A DNA stretch of 64,000 bases, from contig CM075990.1 of assembly GCA_038087875.1 (NCBI GenBank), positions 8,496,001 through 8,560,000 of the forward strand, read 5' to 3'. Below the pieces are notes generated by a model. It ran no database searches. It saw nothing but the letters and a program-made list of their open reading frames with translations, and was not told the DNA's origin. The translations under genes and the position numbers were made by a program. Shown piece by piece: positions 34,811-49,849 of this stretch; within the stretch, counting starts at the first letter, position 1, and the number at the start of each line of letters is the position of its first letter. The stretch comes from Malacoraja senta. Taxonomy: Eukaryota.

Positions 34811-37734
34811 GGCTCACATTAACGCACCTCAGGCAAAGAATGCTGCATTGGTATGGCCACAGAGTTTATTCAAACGCAGTGACATACATGGTAGAAACAA
34901 GGTCTGAGGAAGGGTCCCAACCCAAAACGTCACCTATCCATGTTCTCCAGGGATGCCGCTGAGTTACTCCAGATCTTTTGTGGGTTTTTTTTAAGAGACA
35001 AACGTTCTGTCAAGGTAACTCAAAAGAAGGCCGTGATTCATTTGTAGCTATGAGTGGTAGCGAGTGAGGCAAGAACTGAATGGGGCCACTCGGGGCATGT
35101 ATGAATTCAAGCTGGACATTACTGATTGAGACCAGAAAATACTGCCACATGATACCGGGCACACAAGTAGCATCAATAGACGCATATATCCACAGTACAC
35201 TCACGCACAGAATCTTGCATCTCTACCCAAAGGTGTTGCATTAATTTAGCCATCAAGCTTTACCTTTCAACACATACATGTAGTATTCACATATACTGTA
35301 CATAACACTGCTTCTGTGGACACATGCCACACGGGTGGTATTAACATTCATATGAGACTATGTCCCACAACACTTCCATAGCTTAATTCCATGGAACCTA
35401 TTTTCTCTCTGCTAAATATATCTCTTGCACAATGGCGTGACATATTTTTAGGATAACAGATGAGATTCCAGTTAGGATCACAGATAATCATTGATTACAT
35501 TCTCTTTCTGAGAATCCACTCTCTCAGCGTGTGACTTTGAAGTTTCAATACTTTTAACTAATTGGCCCTTAAAGCCAAAGTCTCTTCCACTCTTCATAGG
35601 TTTTCTCCCAGAATAAATGGAACATTGGAACACATTTACTTTTTTCATTATTAATTCAATTTGGATAATTTCCAAAGCTCCCAAATGCTTAATTTGAAAA
35701 TAAGAATTACACAAGACGATCTCAGAGCAATGGTTCTGTAGCATAAAGCAAAGCAAACAGCATTGCATTGTGTATTGAGCAGAGGTTGTGAAAAATGAAT
35801 AGGAGGGTAAGGAATAATCAGTCATGAAATTCTTTAAACAAGATTCAGGATTTATTGCGTTCATTCTGCATGTGAGTGATGTCTAAGCATCTTTTGGTTA
35901 CAAAGACCACAATTTTTTTTGCAACTAATAGATGACAGCTTTCTTTCACTGGAACTTTAAAAGCTGCATCATTTTCCTCTTGAGATGCTTGATGCAATCC
36001 TGTAATCCACAAAGCTCCCCGAATAAATTTGTTACACCTCATTAATTGGATTATTGACTCTAGCATCTCCAGGAAGAAAATTCTTAAAGATACTGCACCT
36101 TAGCAATTCAAAGCTAATTGGAGCCAGCATATTAAGGAATTTGTTGTATATGTTCCTTGCTGTGCAGTTCCTGCGAGATTTGTCTGATGTTATTTTGTCG
36201 CAAACCAGGATGGCTGCTGTTCGTTTGATGTTGTTACGGTTGACAATTTGTAAAACTATAAATAAAACTCAATTTTCTTTGTCCATTGAAGTGCTGCGCA
36301 TTGATTCCATATGCCAATGGATGAGATATGATGCAAGGATGGAAAGGCATTAATCTTTCCTCAACTGATAAAATGAAAGACAAAAAACGGACAAGTATTT
36401 TAGGGCCCAAGACATAACGATAGGGTCTTTAGAGCAAGGGAAAAGGTTGTCAGGAAGTACTACTTCACATCGAGGAGAGAAGAACTCAGAGGTGAATTGA
36501 TACATCGGGCTGGGGAATACTGGATTTACTTGAGACAGTGACTGGGAATGGACTGATGACTGCATATCATTTGATTGTGATGAACTACCTCATCCATGTA
36601 TTTCGATGAAAGTACACAATCCTGCAACTGTGTGGGAAAAGCATCTCCCTTGTAATATCCAGGGATCATAGAGTCATACACCATGGAATCAGGCCTTTTG
36701 GCCCCACCTGTCCACGCTGACCAGGCTACCCCATCTACACTAGCCCCACCTGCCCGCATTTGGCCTAAATCCCTCTAAACCTTTTCTGTGGGGTTTGGAA
36801 TGAGGTTGGAAGGGAAATATAGATCAGTCATGATTGAATGGGGGAGTAGACTTGATGGGCCAAATGGCCTAATTCTGTTCCTTCAACATGAACCTATGAA
36901 CTTATGAACTTAACCATGAGCCTGTCCAAATATCTTATAAAAGTCGTTATAGTACCTGCCTCAGTTACCTCCTCTGGCAGCTCATTCCATCTGTGTGGAA
37001 ACGTTGCCGCTCAGATTCCTATTAAATCTTTTCCCTCTCACCTTAACACTATGTGCTGTGAATTGACACAAGTTTGTTTTTTATTAGGTTCCATTGTAAG
37101 ATATGCAGTTTGTTGCAAAATGTGTTTTTAATGATCAGCTTGGTGAATAATGCTGCTTAGCAACCTTAGTCTCTTTGCATAAATCGCCAGGTGAGGGATC
37201 TTGTAGACAATTATTTCAAAATAAAATGGGTTTAACAATAAAATGTTTTACTTTTTTTTAAAATATTTTTGTTTCAGCCATACTGCTATAATTTGTATCC
37301 CATGCTCAGCGACATATCTAATATATCAGTTCATTTGTAATTTTTTGCTTTTGGTTTGCTGCCTTTGAGAGAATTCTTTAATGTGATTTTCTGCTGACGT
37401 TATGTACTGCCGTCACTGTTGCTGGAGCTGAGGGAGTCTTTGCAACTGTGCCTGACAGAAGCAGGCATCGAGAATGGGAAAGGCCACAGCATAACGTTCA
37501 CCAGATCTTTGCAGACATCTTTTCTTGAGGCGCGTTGCCTTGGACCCAAGCACTAAGTTCACCATTGATCAGAATTATTGTGCAGTAATAAAATTAATGA
37601 TCATGTTGTTACTAGGTGGTGGTGAGGAACTGCAAAATGGGGTCAGAGGTGGATAGGAAACATTGGCATCTTTGGATTGCTTCCTAAAAGTTAAGGCACA
37701 TCTGCTATTTTGTGCATTAATTTTAGGTAGATTA

Positions 37735-37785
37735 ATAAATAGATAAATAGATAAATAGATAGATAGATAGACAGACAGACAGACT

Positions 37786-37865
<80 letters not shown>
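37735..37865. repeat. (AGAT)n/(AGAC)n microsatellite
   Basis: Direct observation. Confidence 0.97.
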
Positions 37866-37929
37866 CTTTATTCTCACATAAAGCTAAGGTACAGTGAATT
37901 TATTTGTTTTTGCATACCAAGTACACAAA

Positions 37930-38350
37930 TAGTCAAGTCAAGTCAAGTGAGTTTATTGTCATGTGTCCCTGGTAGGACAATGAAATTCTTGCTTTGCTTG
38001 AGCACAACAGAACACAGTAGGCATTTACTACAAGGCATTCTATAAATATATACACAATGGTCAATATACTGATAAAGTGCAAATAACAGTATTGGCTAGT
38101 AAAGTTCAGTGTTATGTCCGAGCCAGGTTTAATAGCCTGATGGCTGTGGGGAAGTAGCTGTTCCTGAACCTGGTCGTTGCAGTCTTCAGGCTCCTGCACC
38201 TTCTACCTGAAGGTAGTAGGGAGATGAGTGTGTGGCCAGGATGGTGTGGGTCCTTGATGATGCTGCCAACCTTTTTGAGGCAGCGACTGTGGTAGATCCC
38301 CTCGATGGAAGGGAGGTCAGAGCCGATGATGGACTGGGCAGTGTTTACAA
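37930..38350 (-). mobile_element. Rex1/Babar-type LINE 3' end
   Basis: VVNTAQSIIGSDLPSIEGIYHSRCLKK..DPHHPGH..LLPSGRR..RFRNSYFPTAIRLLN; (TTGAC)n tail. Confidence 0.85.
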
Positions 38351-38806
38351 CGTTTCCTCTCCAGGGCACTCATGGAGTTGTCACAAAGTTGTCACAAATA
38401 GTTGTCACAAAGGCACAAAAAATGCCCTTTATGCAATGTTGGCCCCTTCATCATCGTGTTGTTTGCCGGGACCTTCCCGGGCACGTTGATTTTCTTCCAC
38501 CTTTCCTTCCCTTCTGCTGTGAAATGCTGGATAGACTGCCAGGTACAGCAAGGGTATGTTGGCAGAAAGCATGAAGGTTGGAAGATTACGGAGAGTCAGT
38601 ATGTCAAGGAGGACTTTCTTGAACTTCTACAGGTGCACAGTGGAGAGCATGCTGACCAGTTGCAGCGTGGCTTGGTTCGGCAACCTGAGCGCTCAGGAGC
38701 GGAAAAGACTGCAAAAAGTTGTAAACACTGCCCAGTCCATCATCGGCTCTGACCTCCCTACCATCGAGGGGATCTATCGCAGTCGCTGCCTCAAAAAGGC
38801 TGCCAG

Positions 38807-39811
38807 ATGTCTCCAGACTTATTAGACGAGATAATGAATATAAAAGTGGAATCAACTAATTTAATATCATACCTGTATAATACCATTTTAAACATAGAAA
38901 TTCCATCATCTGATAGGATTAGAAGAGATTGGGAACAAGAACTAGCTATAAAAATCTCGAAAGAGAGTTGGGATAAACACCTGTTATATGTGCATAAATG
39001 CTCGATTAACGTAAGACATACTCTAATTCAATTTAAAATTTTACATAGATTATACTATTCAAAAGCTAAATTAAGTAAATTTTACCCAAATGTCTCTTCT
39101 ATCTGTGATAAATGTCTAACCCAAGAAGCAACTATAGCACATTCTTTTGTTTTTTGTATAAAAATCCAAAAATTTTGGAATGAAATCTTTGAAATTTTCT
39201 CGAAATTATTTAAAATAAAACTGAAACCGAATGCAGAACTGATCATTTTTGGAACAATCGAAGCCAGATTGGAGCTGACTTCGTTTCAAAGGAGCTTTCT
39301 TAATTATGGCTTAATAACGGCAAAAAAACTTATACTGAAATTTTGGAAAAACGCTCCTACGCCAACGACAAAAATGTGGATTTCTAATATGTCGGAACTG
39401 TTACACCTAGAAGATATGAGATTCCGCTTAGCAGGTAAACCAGACCAATTCCAAAAGATTTGGTCTCCATTTATCGACTTATTACAAATATAGGGTAAAG
39501 AGGGGTGAGTAAAGATATGAAGTAGGTACATCCCTTTTATATTGTCCTATCTTATCTTAATTCTTTTTGCTGCTTTTGGTTTTTCCCTTTTTTTTAAACT
39601 ATTTCTTGTGGTTTAGGTCCATATGGGTGTTCCTGGACCACTCTTTCAATCACTCACTTACTATCTTTACTAACTCTTTCTATCCTTTCTCTTATTAAAG
39701 TTTAAAATAAGAAGTGGTACAAGAAAAGTATAACCTTATGTTTATTGGAGATCACTGTACTGTACAATACTTCTAATAAAAAAATAATTAAAAAAATAAA
39801 AAATAAATTAA
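38807..39811 (+). mobile_element. 5'-truncated L1-clade LINE (ORF2 C-terminus, 3' UTR, poly(A)) with 14-bp TSD
   Basis: Open frame 38807-39493 with QFKILHRLY and CDKC..AHSFVFC..FW. AATAAA plus A-rich tail. TSD AAAAAGGCTGCCAG at 38793-38806 and 39812-39825. Confidence 0.92.
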
Positions 39812-39899
39812 AAAAAGGCTGCCAGCATAGAAACATAGAAACATAGAAAATAGGTGCAGGAGTAGGCCATTCGGCCCTTTGAGCCTGCACCGCCATTCG

Positions 39900-42800
39900 A
39901 TATGATCATGGCTGATCATCCAAGGCAGGGATGGGAACATAATCCGTGCCTTCTCTCCATACCCCCTGATCCCTTTAGCCACAAGGGCCACATCTAACTC
40001 CCTCTTAAATATAGCCAAAGAACTGGCCTCAACCACCTTCTGTGGCAGAAAATTCCACAGATTCACCACTCTCTGTGTAAAAAATGATTTTCTCATCTCG
40101 GTCCTAAAAGACCGAGATGAGAAAATCTCACTGGATAACCTCACTCATATCCTTAAACAGTGACCTCTAGTTCTGGACTTCCCCAACATCGGGAATAATC
40201 TTCCTGCATCTAGCCTGTCCAACCCCTTAAGGATTTTGTAAGTTTCTATAAGATCCCCCCTCAATCTTCTAAATTCTAGCATGTACAAGCCGAGTCTATC
40301 CAGTCTTTCTTCATATGAAAGTCCTGCCATCCCAGGAATCAGTCTGGTGAACCTTCTCTGCACTCCCTCTATGGCAAGAATGTCTTTCCTCAGATTAGGA
40401 GACCAAAACTGTACGCAATACTCCAGGTGTGGTCTCACCAAGACCCTGTACAACTGCAGTAGAACCTCCCTGCTCTTATACTCAAATCCTTTTGCTATGA
40501 ATGCTAACATACCATTTGCTTTCTTCACTGCCTGCTGCACCTGCATGCTTTCTTTCAATATTTGGTGTACCATGACACCCAGGTCTCGTTGCATCTCCCC
40601 TTTTCCTAATCGGCCACCATTCAGATAATCCTGTTTTTGCCACCAAAGTGGATAACCTCACATTTATCCACATTATACTGCATCTGCCATGCATTTGCCC
40701 ACTCACCCAACCTATCGAAGTCACCTTGCAGCCTCCTAGCATCCCCCTCACAGCTAACACTGCCCCCCAGCTTCGTGTCATCCGCAAACTTGGAGATGTT
40801 GCATTCAATTCCCTCATCGAGATCATTAATATATATTGTAAATAGCTGGGGTCCCAGCACTGAGCCTTGCGGTACCCCACTAGTCACTGCCTGCCATTCT
40901 GAAAAGGACCCGTTTACTCCTACTCTTTGCATCCTGTCTGCCAGCCAGTTCTCTATCCACATCAATACTGAACCCCCAATACTGTGTGCTTTAAGTTTGC
41001 ATACTAATCTCTTATGTGGAACCTTGTCGAAAGCCTTCTGAAAGTCCAGATATAACACATCCACTGGTTCTCCCTTATCCACTCTACTAGTTACATCCTC
41101 GAAAAATTCTATAAGATTCGTCAGACATGATTTACCTTTCATAAATCCATGCTGACTTTGTCCAATGAATTCACCACTTTCCAAATGTGCTGCTATCCCA
41201 TCTTTAATAACTGACTCTAGAATTTTCCCCACCACCGATGTTAGACTAACTGGTCTGTAATTCCCCGTTTTCTCTCTCCCTCCCTTTTTAAAAAGTGGGG
41301 TTAAATTAGCTACCCTCCAGTCCTCAGGAACTACTCCAGAATCTAAAGAGTTTTGAAAAATTATTACTAATGCATCCACTATTTCTGCGGCTACTTCCTT
41401 AAGTACTCTGGGATGCAACTTATCTGGCCCTGGGGATTTATCGGCCTTTAATCCATTCAATTTACCTAACACCACTTCCCGGCTAACCTGGATTTCACTC
41501 AGTTTCTCCATCTCATTTAACCCTCGGTCCCTTGCTATTTCCAGCTGATTATTTATGTCTTCCTAAGTGAAGACAGAACCAAAGTAGTTATTCAATTGGT
41601 CTGCCATGTCCTTGTTCCCCATGATCAATTCACCTGTTTCTGACTGCAAGGGACCTACATTTGTTTTAACTAATCTTTTCCTCTTCACATATCTATAAAA
41701 ACTTTTGCAGTCAGTTTTCTTTCATAATCTATTTTCACTTTCCTAATTAACCCTTTTGTCCTCCTCTGCTGGACTCTGAATTTCTCCCAGTCCTCTGGTA
41801 GGCTGCTTTTACTGGCTGATTTGTACGCTTCATCTTTTGTTTTGATACTATCCCTGATTTCCCTTGTTATCCACGGATGCACTACCTTCCCCGATTTATT
41901 CTTTTGCTAAACTGGGATGAACAATTGTTGTAGTTCATCCATGCAGTTTTTAAATGCCTTCCATTGCATATCCACCGTCAACCCTTTAAGAATCATTTGC
42001 CAGTCTATCTTGGCCAATTCACGTCTCATACCCTCAAAGTCACCTTTCTTTAAATTCAGGACCCTTGTTTCTGAATTAACAATGTCACTCTCCATCCTAA
42101 TGAAGAACTCAACCATATTATGGTCACTCTTGCCCAAGGGGCCATGCACAACAAGACTGCTAACTAACCCTTCCTCATTACTCAATACCCAGTCTAGAAT
42201 AGCCTGTTCTCTCGTTGGTTCCTCTACATGTTGGTTTAGAAAACTATCCCGCATACATTCCAAGAAATCCACTAACTCAGCACGCCTGCCAATTTGATTC
42301 ACCCTATCTATATGCAGATTGAAGTCACCCATTATAATTGTTTTACCTTTGTTGCACGCATTTCTAATTTCCTGTTTGATGCCATCCCCAACTCCACTAC
42401 TACTGTTAGGTGGCCTGTACACAACTCCCACTAGCGTTTTCTGCCCCTTAGTGTTTCGCAGTTCTACCCATATCGATTCCACATCCTCCAAGCTATGTCC
42501 TTCCTTTCTATTGCGTTAATCTCCTCTCTAACCAGCAACGCTACCCCGCCTCCTTTTCCTTTCTGTCTATCCCTCCTGAATATTGAATATCCCTGGATGT
42601 TCAGCTCCCAGCCTTGGTCACCCTGGAGCCATGTCTCCGTGATCCCAACTATATCATAATCATTAATAACTATCTGCACATTCAACTCATCCACCTTATT
42701 ACGAATGCTCCTTGCATTAAGATACAAAGCCTTCAGGCTTGTTTTTACAACACTCTTACCCCTTATACAATTATTTTGAAAAGTGGCCCTTTTTGATTTT

Positions 42801-42913
42801 TGTCCTGGATTTGTCTGCCTGCCACTTTTACTTTTCACCTTGCTACCTATTGCTTCTACCCTCATGTTACACCCCTCTGCCTCTCTGCTCTTGCACCCAT
42901 CCCCCTGCCACAT
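39900..42913 (-). pseudogene. CR1 ORF2 (APE endonuclease + RT), broken into about six fragments
   Basis: ORF pieces 42464-42913, 41907-42491, 41685-41882, 40621-41511, 40145-40594 and 39788-40144 are collinear. Confidence 0.93.
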
Positions 42914-43850
42914 TAGTTTAAATCCTCCCCGACAGCACTAGCAAACACTCCCCCAAGGACATTGGTTCCATTCCAGCCCAGGTGCAGACCGTCCTGTTTG
43001 TACTGGTCCCACCTCCCCCAGAACTGGTTCCAATGCCCTAGAAATTTGAATCCCTCCCCCTTGCACCATTTTTCAAGCCACGTATTCATCTGCAATATCC
43101 TCCTATTTCTACTCTGACTAGCCCGTGGCACTGGTAGTAATCCAGAGATTATTACCTTTGAGGTCCTACTTTTAAGTTTATCTCCTAGCTCCCTAAATTC
43201 ACCTAGTAGGACCTCATCCCTTTTTTTTTACCTATTTCGCTGGTGCCAATGTGCACCACGACAACTGTCTGTTCACCCTCCCCCTCCAGAATGTTCTACA
43301 GCCGTTCAGTGAGATCCCTGACCCTTGCACCAGGGAGGCAACATACCATCCTGGAGTCTCGTTTGCGGCCGCAGAAACGCCTATCTATTCCCCTTACAAT
43401 GGAATCCCCCATTACTATGGCCCTTCCACTCTTTTTTCTCCCCTCCTGTGCCGCAGAGCCACCCATGGTGCCATGAACTTGGCTGCTGCTGCCTTCCCCT
43501 GATGAGCCATCTCCCCCAACAGTATCCAAAATGGTATACCTGTTTAGGAGGGAGATGACCGCAGGGGACTCCTGCACTACCTGCCTACTGCTATGCTGGC
43601 TAGTGGCCACCCGTTCCCTTTCTGTCCTCTTACCTTTTACCTGCAGTGTGACCAACTCACTGTACGTACCATTCACGACTTTCTCAGCATCGTGGATGCT
43701 CCAGTATGAATCCAATCGTTCAATACGGTCTGCCAGGAGCTGCAGCTGGACACACTTCCTGCAAACGTAGTCACCAGGGACACCGACCATATTCCTGATC
43801 TCCCACATGTTGCAGGCTGAGCAAACCACGGGGCCAATCTCCACTGACAT
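42913..43850 (-). pseudogene. CR1 ORF1 (N-terminal Cys4 zinc finger + SGNH esterase), disrupted
   Basis: CSACNMWE..CRKC; GDSIVRG; DGLHL. In-frame stop at 43296. Confidence 0.9.
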
Positions 43851-43933
43851 AGCTTACTCCCAAATTAAATCAACTCCCGCACACTATAAAAATCTTTATC
43901 CTTTAAACTGTACCTTTACTAATAAATACTGTA

Positions 43934-44309
43934 CCCTTAACTCACAGAACCCTCAACTCACTGAACCCTCAACTCACTGAACCCTCAACTCACTGAACCC
44001 TCAACTCACTGAACCCTCAACTCACTGAACCCTCAACTCACTGAACCCTCAACTCACTGAACCCTCAACTCACTGAACCCTCAACTCACTGAACCCTCAA
44101 CTCACTGAACCCTCAACTCACTGAACCCTCAACTCACTGAACCCTCAACTCACTGAACCCTCAACTCACTGAACCCTCAACTCACTGAACCCTCAACTCA
44201 CTGAACCCTCAACTCACTGAACCCTCAACTCACTGAACCCTCAACTCACTGAACCCTCAACTCACTGAACCCTCAACTCACTGAACCCTCAACTCACTGA
44301 ACCCTTAAC
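43934..44309. repeat. 16-bp minisatellite (AACTCACTGAACCCTC) x ~23 in the CR1 5' UTR
   Basis: Near-perfect tandem array with no spacers. Confidence 0.97.
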
Positions 44310-44341
44310 CTGAAAGCAGAAATGCAAACCTGGGGTTGCAC

Positions 44342-44397
44342 CCAATCAGCTGCTTCCTCGGGTCCTCTTCCACCAATCAGAGGCTTCCACCAATCAG
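44342..44397. promoter_or_regulatory. Three CCAATCAG (NF-Y-type CCAAT) boxes near the CR1 5' end; candidate internal promoter
   Basis: ccaatcag at 44342, 44373 and 44390. Confidence 0.4.
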
Positions 44398-45376
44398 AGG
44401 CTTCCACCAGACCCCTTCTCTGGAAGTGAGGTGGAACGCTGCAGATTTGGGTAACTCCTCCTCTCACCAACGGCTCCCCGAGCCTCCATCCTGGCCGCTC
44501 ACTCATCTCCCCGCTGCCTTCAGGTAGAAGGTACAGGAGACTGAAATCTGCAACATCCAGGTTCAGGAATAGCTGCTTCCCCACAGCCATCAGACTATTA
44601 AACTCCTCAAACAAAACTCTGAACATTAATAGCCCATTGCACTTTATCTGCTTATTTATGTGTGTATATATATATATTCAATGGTATATGGTCACACTGA
44701 TCTGTTCTGTATTTATTTATGCCTACTATATTCTGTTGTGCTGAAGCAAAGCAAGAATTTCATTGTCCTATCTGGGACACATGACAATAAACTCTCTTGA
44801 ATCTTGAATCTTAAATGCATTCATGAGATCGCCAGTGAGTTGGCCCAGAGCAGATGCAGATATTGTCCAGGCAATTTCCACCGGGCGAGAGAAAAATCTG
44901 AATGTGATTGAGGGGAGTTGCCTGAAGGAGTTCAAGTGATAATGGAATGAGGAGGACTGTCAGGAGCTATATGGCAGAGAAGTGACAATTGAACTGAATG
45001 TGAGAAAAATGGGAATAGCAGTAGATCAGAGAAATTGAATGATGGATAAATAAAATGGAGAATGGGAGGAAAAGTGAGGACAAGGTAGTAGGATACAGAA
45101 AGTTGGTTTTGTCTGAAGCTCAGAGACAAGTTAAGTCATGCAGGAGGTCACATTACTGTTGAGCATATCTGTTCGCCCATTCCCTGGCTCAAGAGATGCT
45201 GGTAAATTATTACCAGCTCACCCACTCGCTTGTGTAATGGTGCATGTCTGAAAGGGTAACGTGACTTTAAAGATTCACATAACCTCCATGTAAGTGGCGT
45301 AAAACAGGACTTAATGGTTGTTATAGCTCAGTCCTGCAGGCCTCACTGAGCCCATCCCCAAGACACCTTTGATTGC

Positions 45377-46716
<1,340 letters not shown>

Positions 46717-47410
46717 GAGGAATTGGTTAACAAAGCTCTAAAGTGCACTGTTAGAAATGCCTGAGAGTTTCTAAGTGACATTCAACAACTTGAGCGCGCC
46801 ATTTTGTCATCTTAGGGGAGAGGGAAATGCATTCAAGGTAATACCGGTCACATATTTTAAAATGTACCAAGTGGGTTCATGTTAAATTTAAAAAGCGACA
46901 TACTAGTAGACTCGCAGGCAAACCTATCATGAAAGCTTTGGAAGTGGCATTGCTTCTCACAGGTGAGTGTGTGCAATTCATCTATGTACATTTATATTAC
47001 ATCAGATCTCATTCATACCCAGTTTGTTATAAATTACTCCTTCAAATTGATAAATGGGTGGGAAGGTGCAATTTAGAGGCTGCAATCAGGCGCTACAGAT
47101 ATGTAGCTGTGTAAATAATTTATTATGCCGCTTTTGTTTTAATGAGGATTAAGATGAAAACATAACTGCTGGAGAATTGTTGAAGCAAAATTAACTGTGA
47201 ACCATGTTTTCTTTATTCTGCAGATACAAATCTTTTAGACAAAAAGGTAGTAACTGTTCCCACGGTTACAGCAGAGATCATTTTGGTCAGCAGCGATATT
47301 GAACAACTTTAGATGTTGTCTTGTTCAGCTTGTTATCAGCATGAACAATTCTCTAATATCTGGGGGAACTATGTAATTAGACAGCTCCTTTGCAACGACA
47401 CAATGAGTTG

Positions 47411-47619
47411 TGTAGGGATGAACTGCAGATGCTGGTTTACACCGAGGATAGGCACAAAATGATAGAGAAACTCAGCGGGACAGGCAGCATCTCTGAAGAG
47501 AAGGAATGGGTGGCGTTTCAGGTCTGAAGAAGGGTCTCGACATGAAACATCACCCCTTCCTTCTCTTCGGAGATGTTGCCTGTCCTGCTGAGTTACTCCA
47601 GCGTTTTGTGTCTGTCTTT
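47411..47619. mobile_element. Fold-back Penelope-derived element
   Basis: Inverted arms; diverged TSD gacacaatgagttg / gacacaattaattg. Confidence 0.75.
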
Positions 47620-47666
47620 GACACAATTAATTGAATGGTCTCCCATTGTATAATCTGCCTCTATTA

Positions 47667-47940
47667 AAGGCCTGTCCCACTTACGCGATTTTTGTCGGCG
47701 ACTTGCCGGCACCCGTCATAGTCGCAGCAGGTCGCTGAAAATGTAGGCGACTACTCACGACCATACAGGAGTCGCCCCGCGACGTGTCACCGGTATGATC
47801 GTGGTGACGCCTGTTTGGTCGTGAGTTGTCGCCCAAAGAATCATACCTTTTTCTGGTCGCCACTGGATTTTCAACATGTTTTGGCGACCTGACGGGTGCC
47901 GGCAAGTCGCCGAAGAAATCGCGTAAGTGGGACAGGCCCA
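47667..47940. mobile_element. PIF/Harbinger-type MITE
   Basis: Long TIRs GGCCTGTCCCACTTACGCGATTT..CGGCGACTTGCCGGCACCCGTCA; TTA TSD at 47664-47666 and 47941-47943. Confidence 0.9.
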
Positions 47941-48005
47941 TTACATTCAAACCGGAGATTGTATTATTCGTAAAGATTGTCGTGGTTTAATGGTGCAGAG
48001 ACAAT

Positions 48006-48224
<219 letters not shown>

Positions 48225-49849
48225 GGTCTCTGTGTGAAGTATGTGTTTAAATCCATACCTAATCTATTCAGAATGAGTGGAAGTTTTAGTAGCTCAGGCC
48301 AATAATGGGACCTGCAACAGGCCGCCAGGGGCAGTCAAGTTAATAAAGGAACTGTGATTAATTAAATCCACAGATGCAACTCAAGACTGAAAAATGTGCC
48401 CAATAATGTACTCATTTTGTCAACGGCAGGTAACTTTCCAAGTTTCCTCATAAACGTTTAGAAACATGGCTGCAATTCAACGTAAGCGCTCGTATCTCAA
48501 TAAAATATAGGAGATATGCACCGCGTTTTCCTCTTTATGAAGACATAATGAAATGTTTACTTGTCATGTTCACCCGCCATCCATATACATCACGCACAGG
48601 CGGTCGAGGAACCCGCATTTAGCAAAGCCTTTCAATTTTTTATGTGGCTTATAGTGAGCTCAGGAAAATCTATTCAAAGAGCAGCGAACACAGATCCTGT
48701 CTCAGTGAGAATAAATTATTAAAAAGCAAAATCTGGTTTAGCCAGAACACCTGACCATAATTTGTAGTAACTCTTCCTTCCATTTCTAATTGAAAGATGT
48801 TCACACGGGTGGCACGGTGGCGTAGCGGTAGAGCTACTGCTCTGGTTTCCTCCCGCCCCCAAGACATGTGGGTTTGTGGGTTCATTGGCCTCAGTAAATT
48901 ACCTCTTGTGTGTATAGAGTGGAGGATAAAGCAGGATTACACAGATCTAGTGCGATAGTTGGCATGGACTCGGTGGATTGAAGTGCCTGTTTCCATGCTG
49001 TACCTTTCAGTCAGTTAGTGAAAAGGTAACAAATGGGTTGAAGATGATGAAGGGCAGGGAGAAAACATTACCAGCTGTCAAATGTTCACCGGGAAAATTA
49101 AATGATAAATAATAAAATAATTCAGCACAAAAGGAAGAGGAATGTTTAGTCCGAAGATAGACACAAAAAGCTGGAGTAACTCAGCGGGACAGGCAGCATC
49201 TCTGGAGAGAAGGAATGGGTGACGTTTCGGGCCGACATCCTTCTTCAGTGGTTAGGGATAAGGGAAACAAGAGATACAGATGATGATGTAGCTGTGGCAA
49301 GTATATGCAGCTAAAACCACCCCTGCAATGAAATTCATCACTTCTGTGGATCCCCCGATGCCCACTTTGCTGTTAATTTGATTGCTAGACATGTTAGAGT
49401 CATTTTTTTGCATTTTGCTTTGTGTTTGAAATAATTAAAACAACCGTCGTCGACTGTGCATGAGCAATTATGCACACAGGGCCTTATTGTGATATGGGTC
49501 ATACTCCTTTTGCGGAGGAATTTTCATGCAAGCAATTGGGAATTGAAGCCTGTAATCAGAGAACAAAACATTTTAATCACTTAAATTAAAGCTTAAATGC
49601 GAAAACTGTCAAATTATGAAAATGTTGTGACAACCTATTAAGCAAAACAATATCAGATCTTTCTGTAGAACAAAAGCTATGAAAAATAGAAGTAACCCCT
49701 TTCAGACTCTCAAACAAGTGAACTCTCGGATAAAGCTACTATCAGCTTCTACAATGGTTAGTGTGCCTCTGCTGGTGAGTTAGGGGGTTAGTAGGTTCTG
49801 CCATTACGCTAGCAAGATCCAGTGCTGAACCCCTGATTAATACTGATTC

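Larger units (their letters stand above)
39826..44485 (-). mobile_element. Near full-length CR1 (HER1-like) LINE, inactivated by frameshifts and stops
   Basis: (TTTCTATG)n tail at 39826-39849. ORF2 is in pieces (LYLNARSIRNK, GITETWL, YRPP, GDFN, SDH, YRPVSLTS, GVPQGSVLGP, FADD). ORF1 has a zinc finger and an esterase domain. Confidence 0.95.
38570..44812 (+). mobile_element. Rex1/Babar-type LINE 3' end (38570-38806 and 44486-44812) split by L1 and CR1 insertions
   Basis: NFYRCTVESMLT..RLQKVVNTAQSIIG..RCLKKAA resumes at 44487 as HPGRSLISPLPSGRRYRRLK..NSCFPTAIRLLN; (TCTTGAA)n tail. Confidence 0.88.

Noticed and set aside
35478..36565. Cluster of ORFs in unique AT-rich sequence
   Set aside because: No recognisable domain, non-ATG starts and no convincing splice-site pair.
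43934..44309. Regular short repeat array resembling CRISPR
   Set aside because: The units are contiguous with no unique spacers, there are no cas genes, and the context is a eukaryotic LINE 5' UTR.
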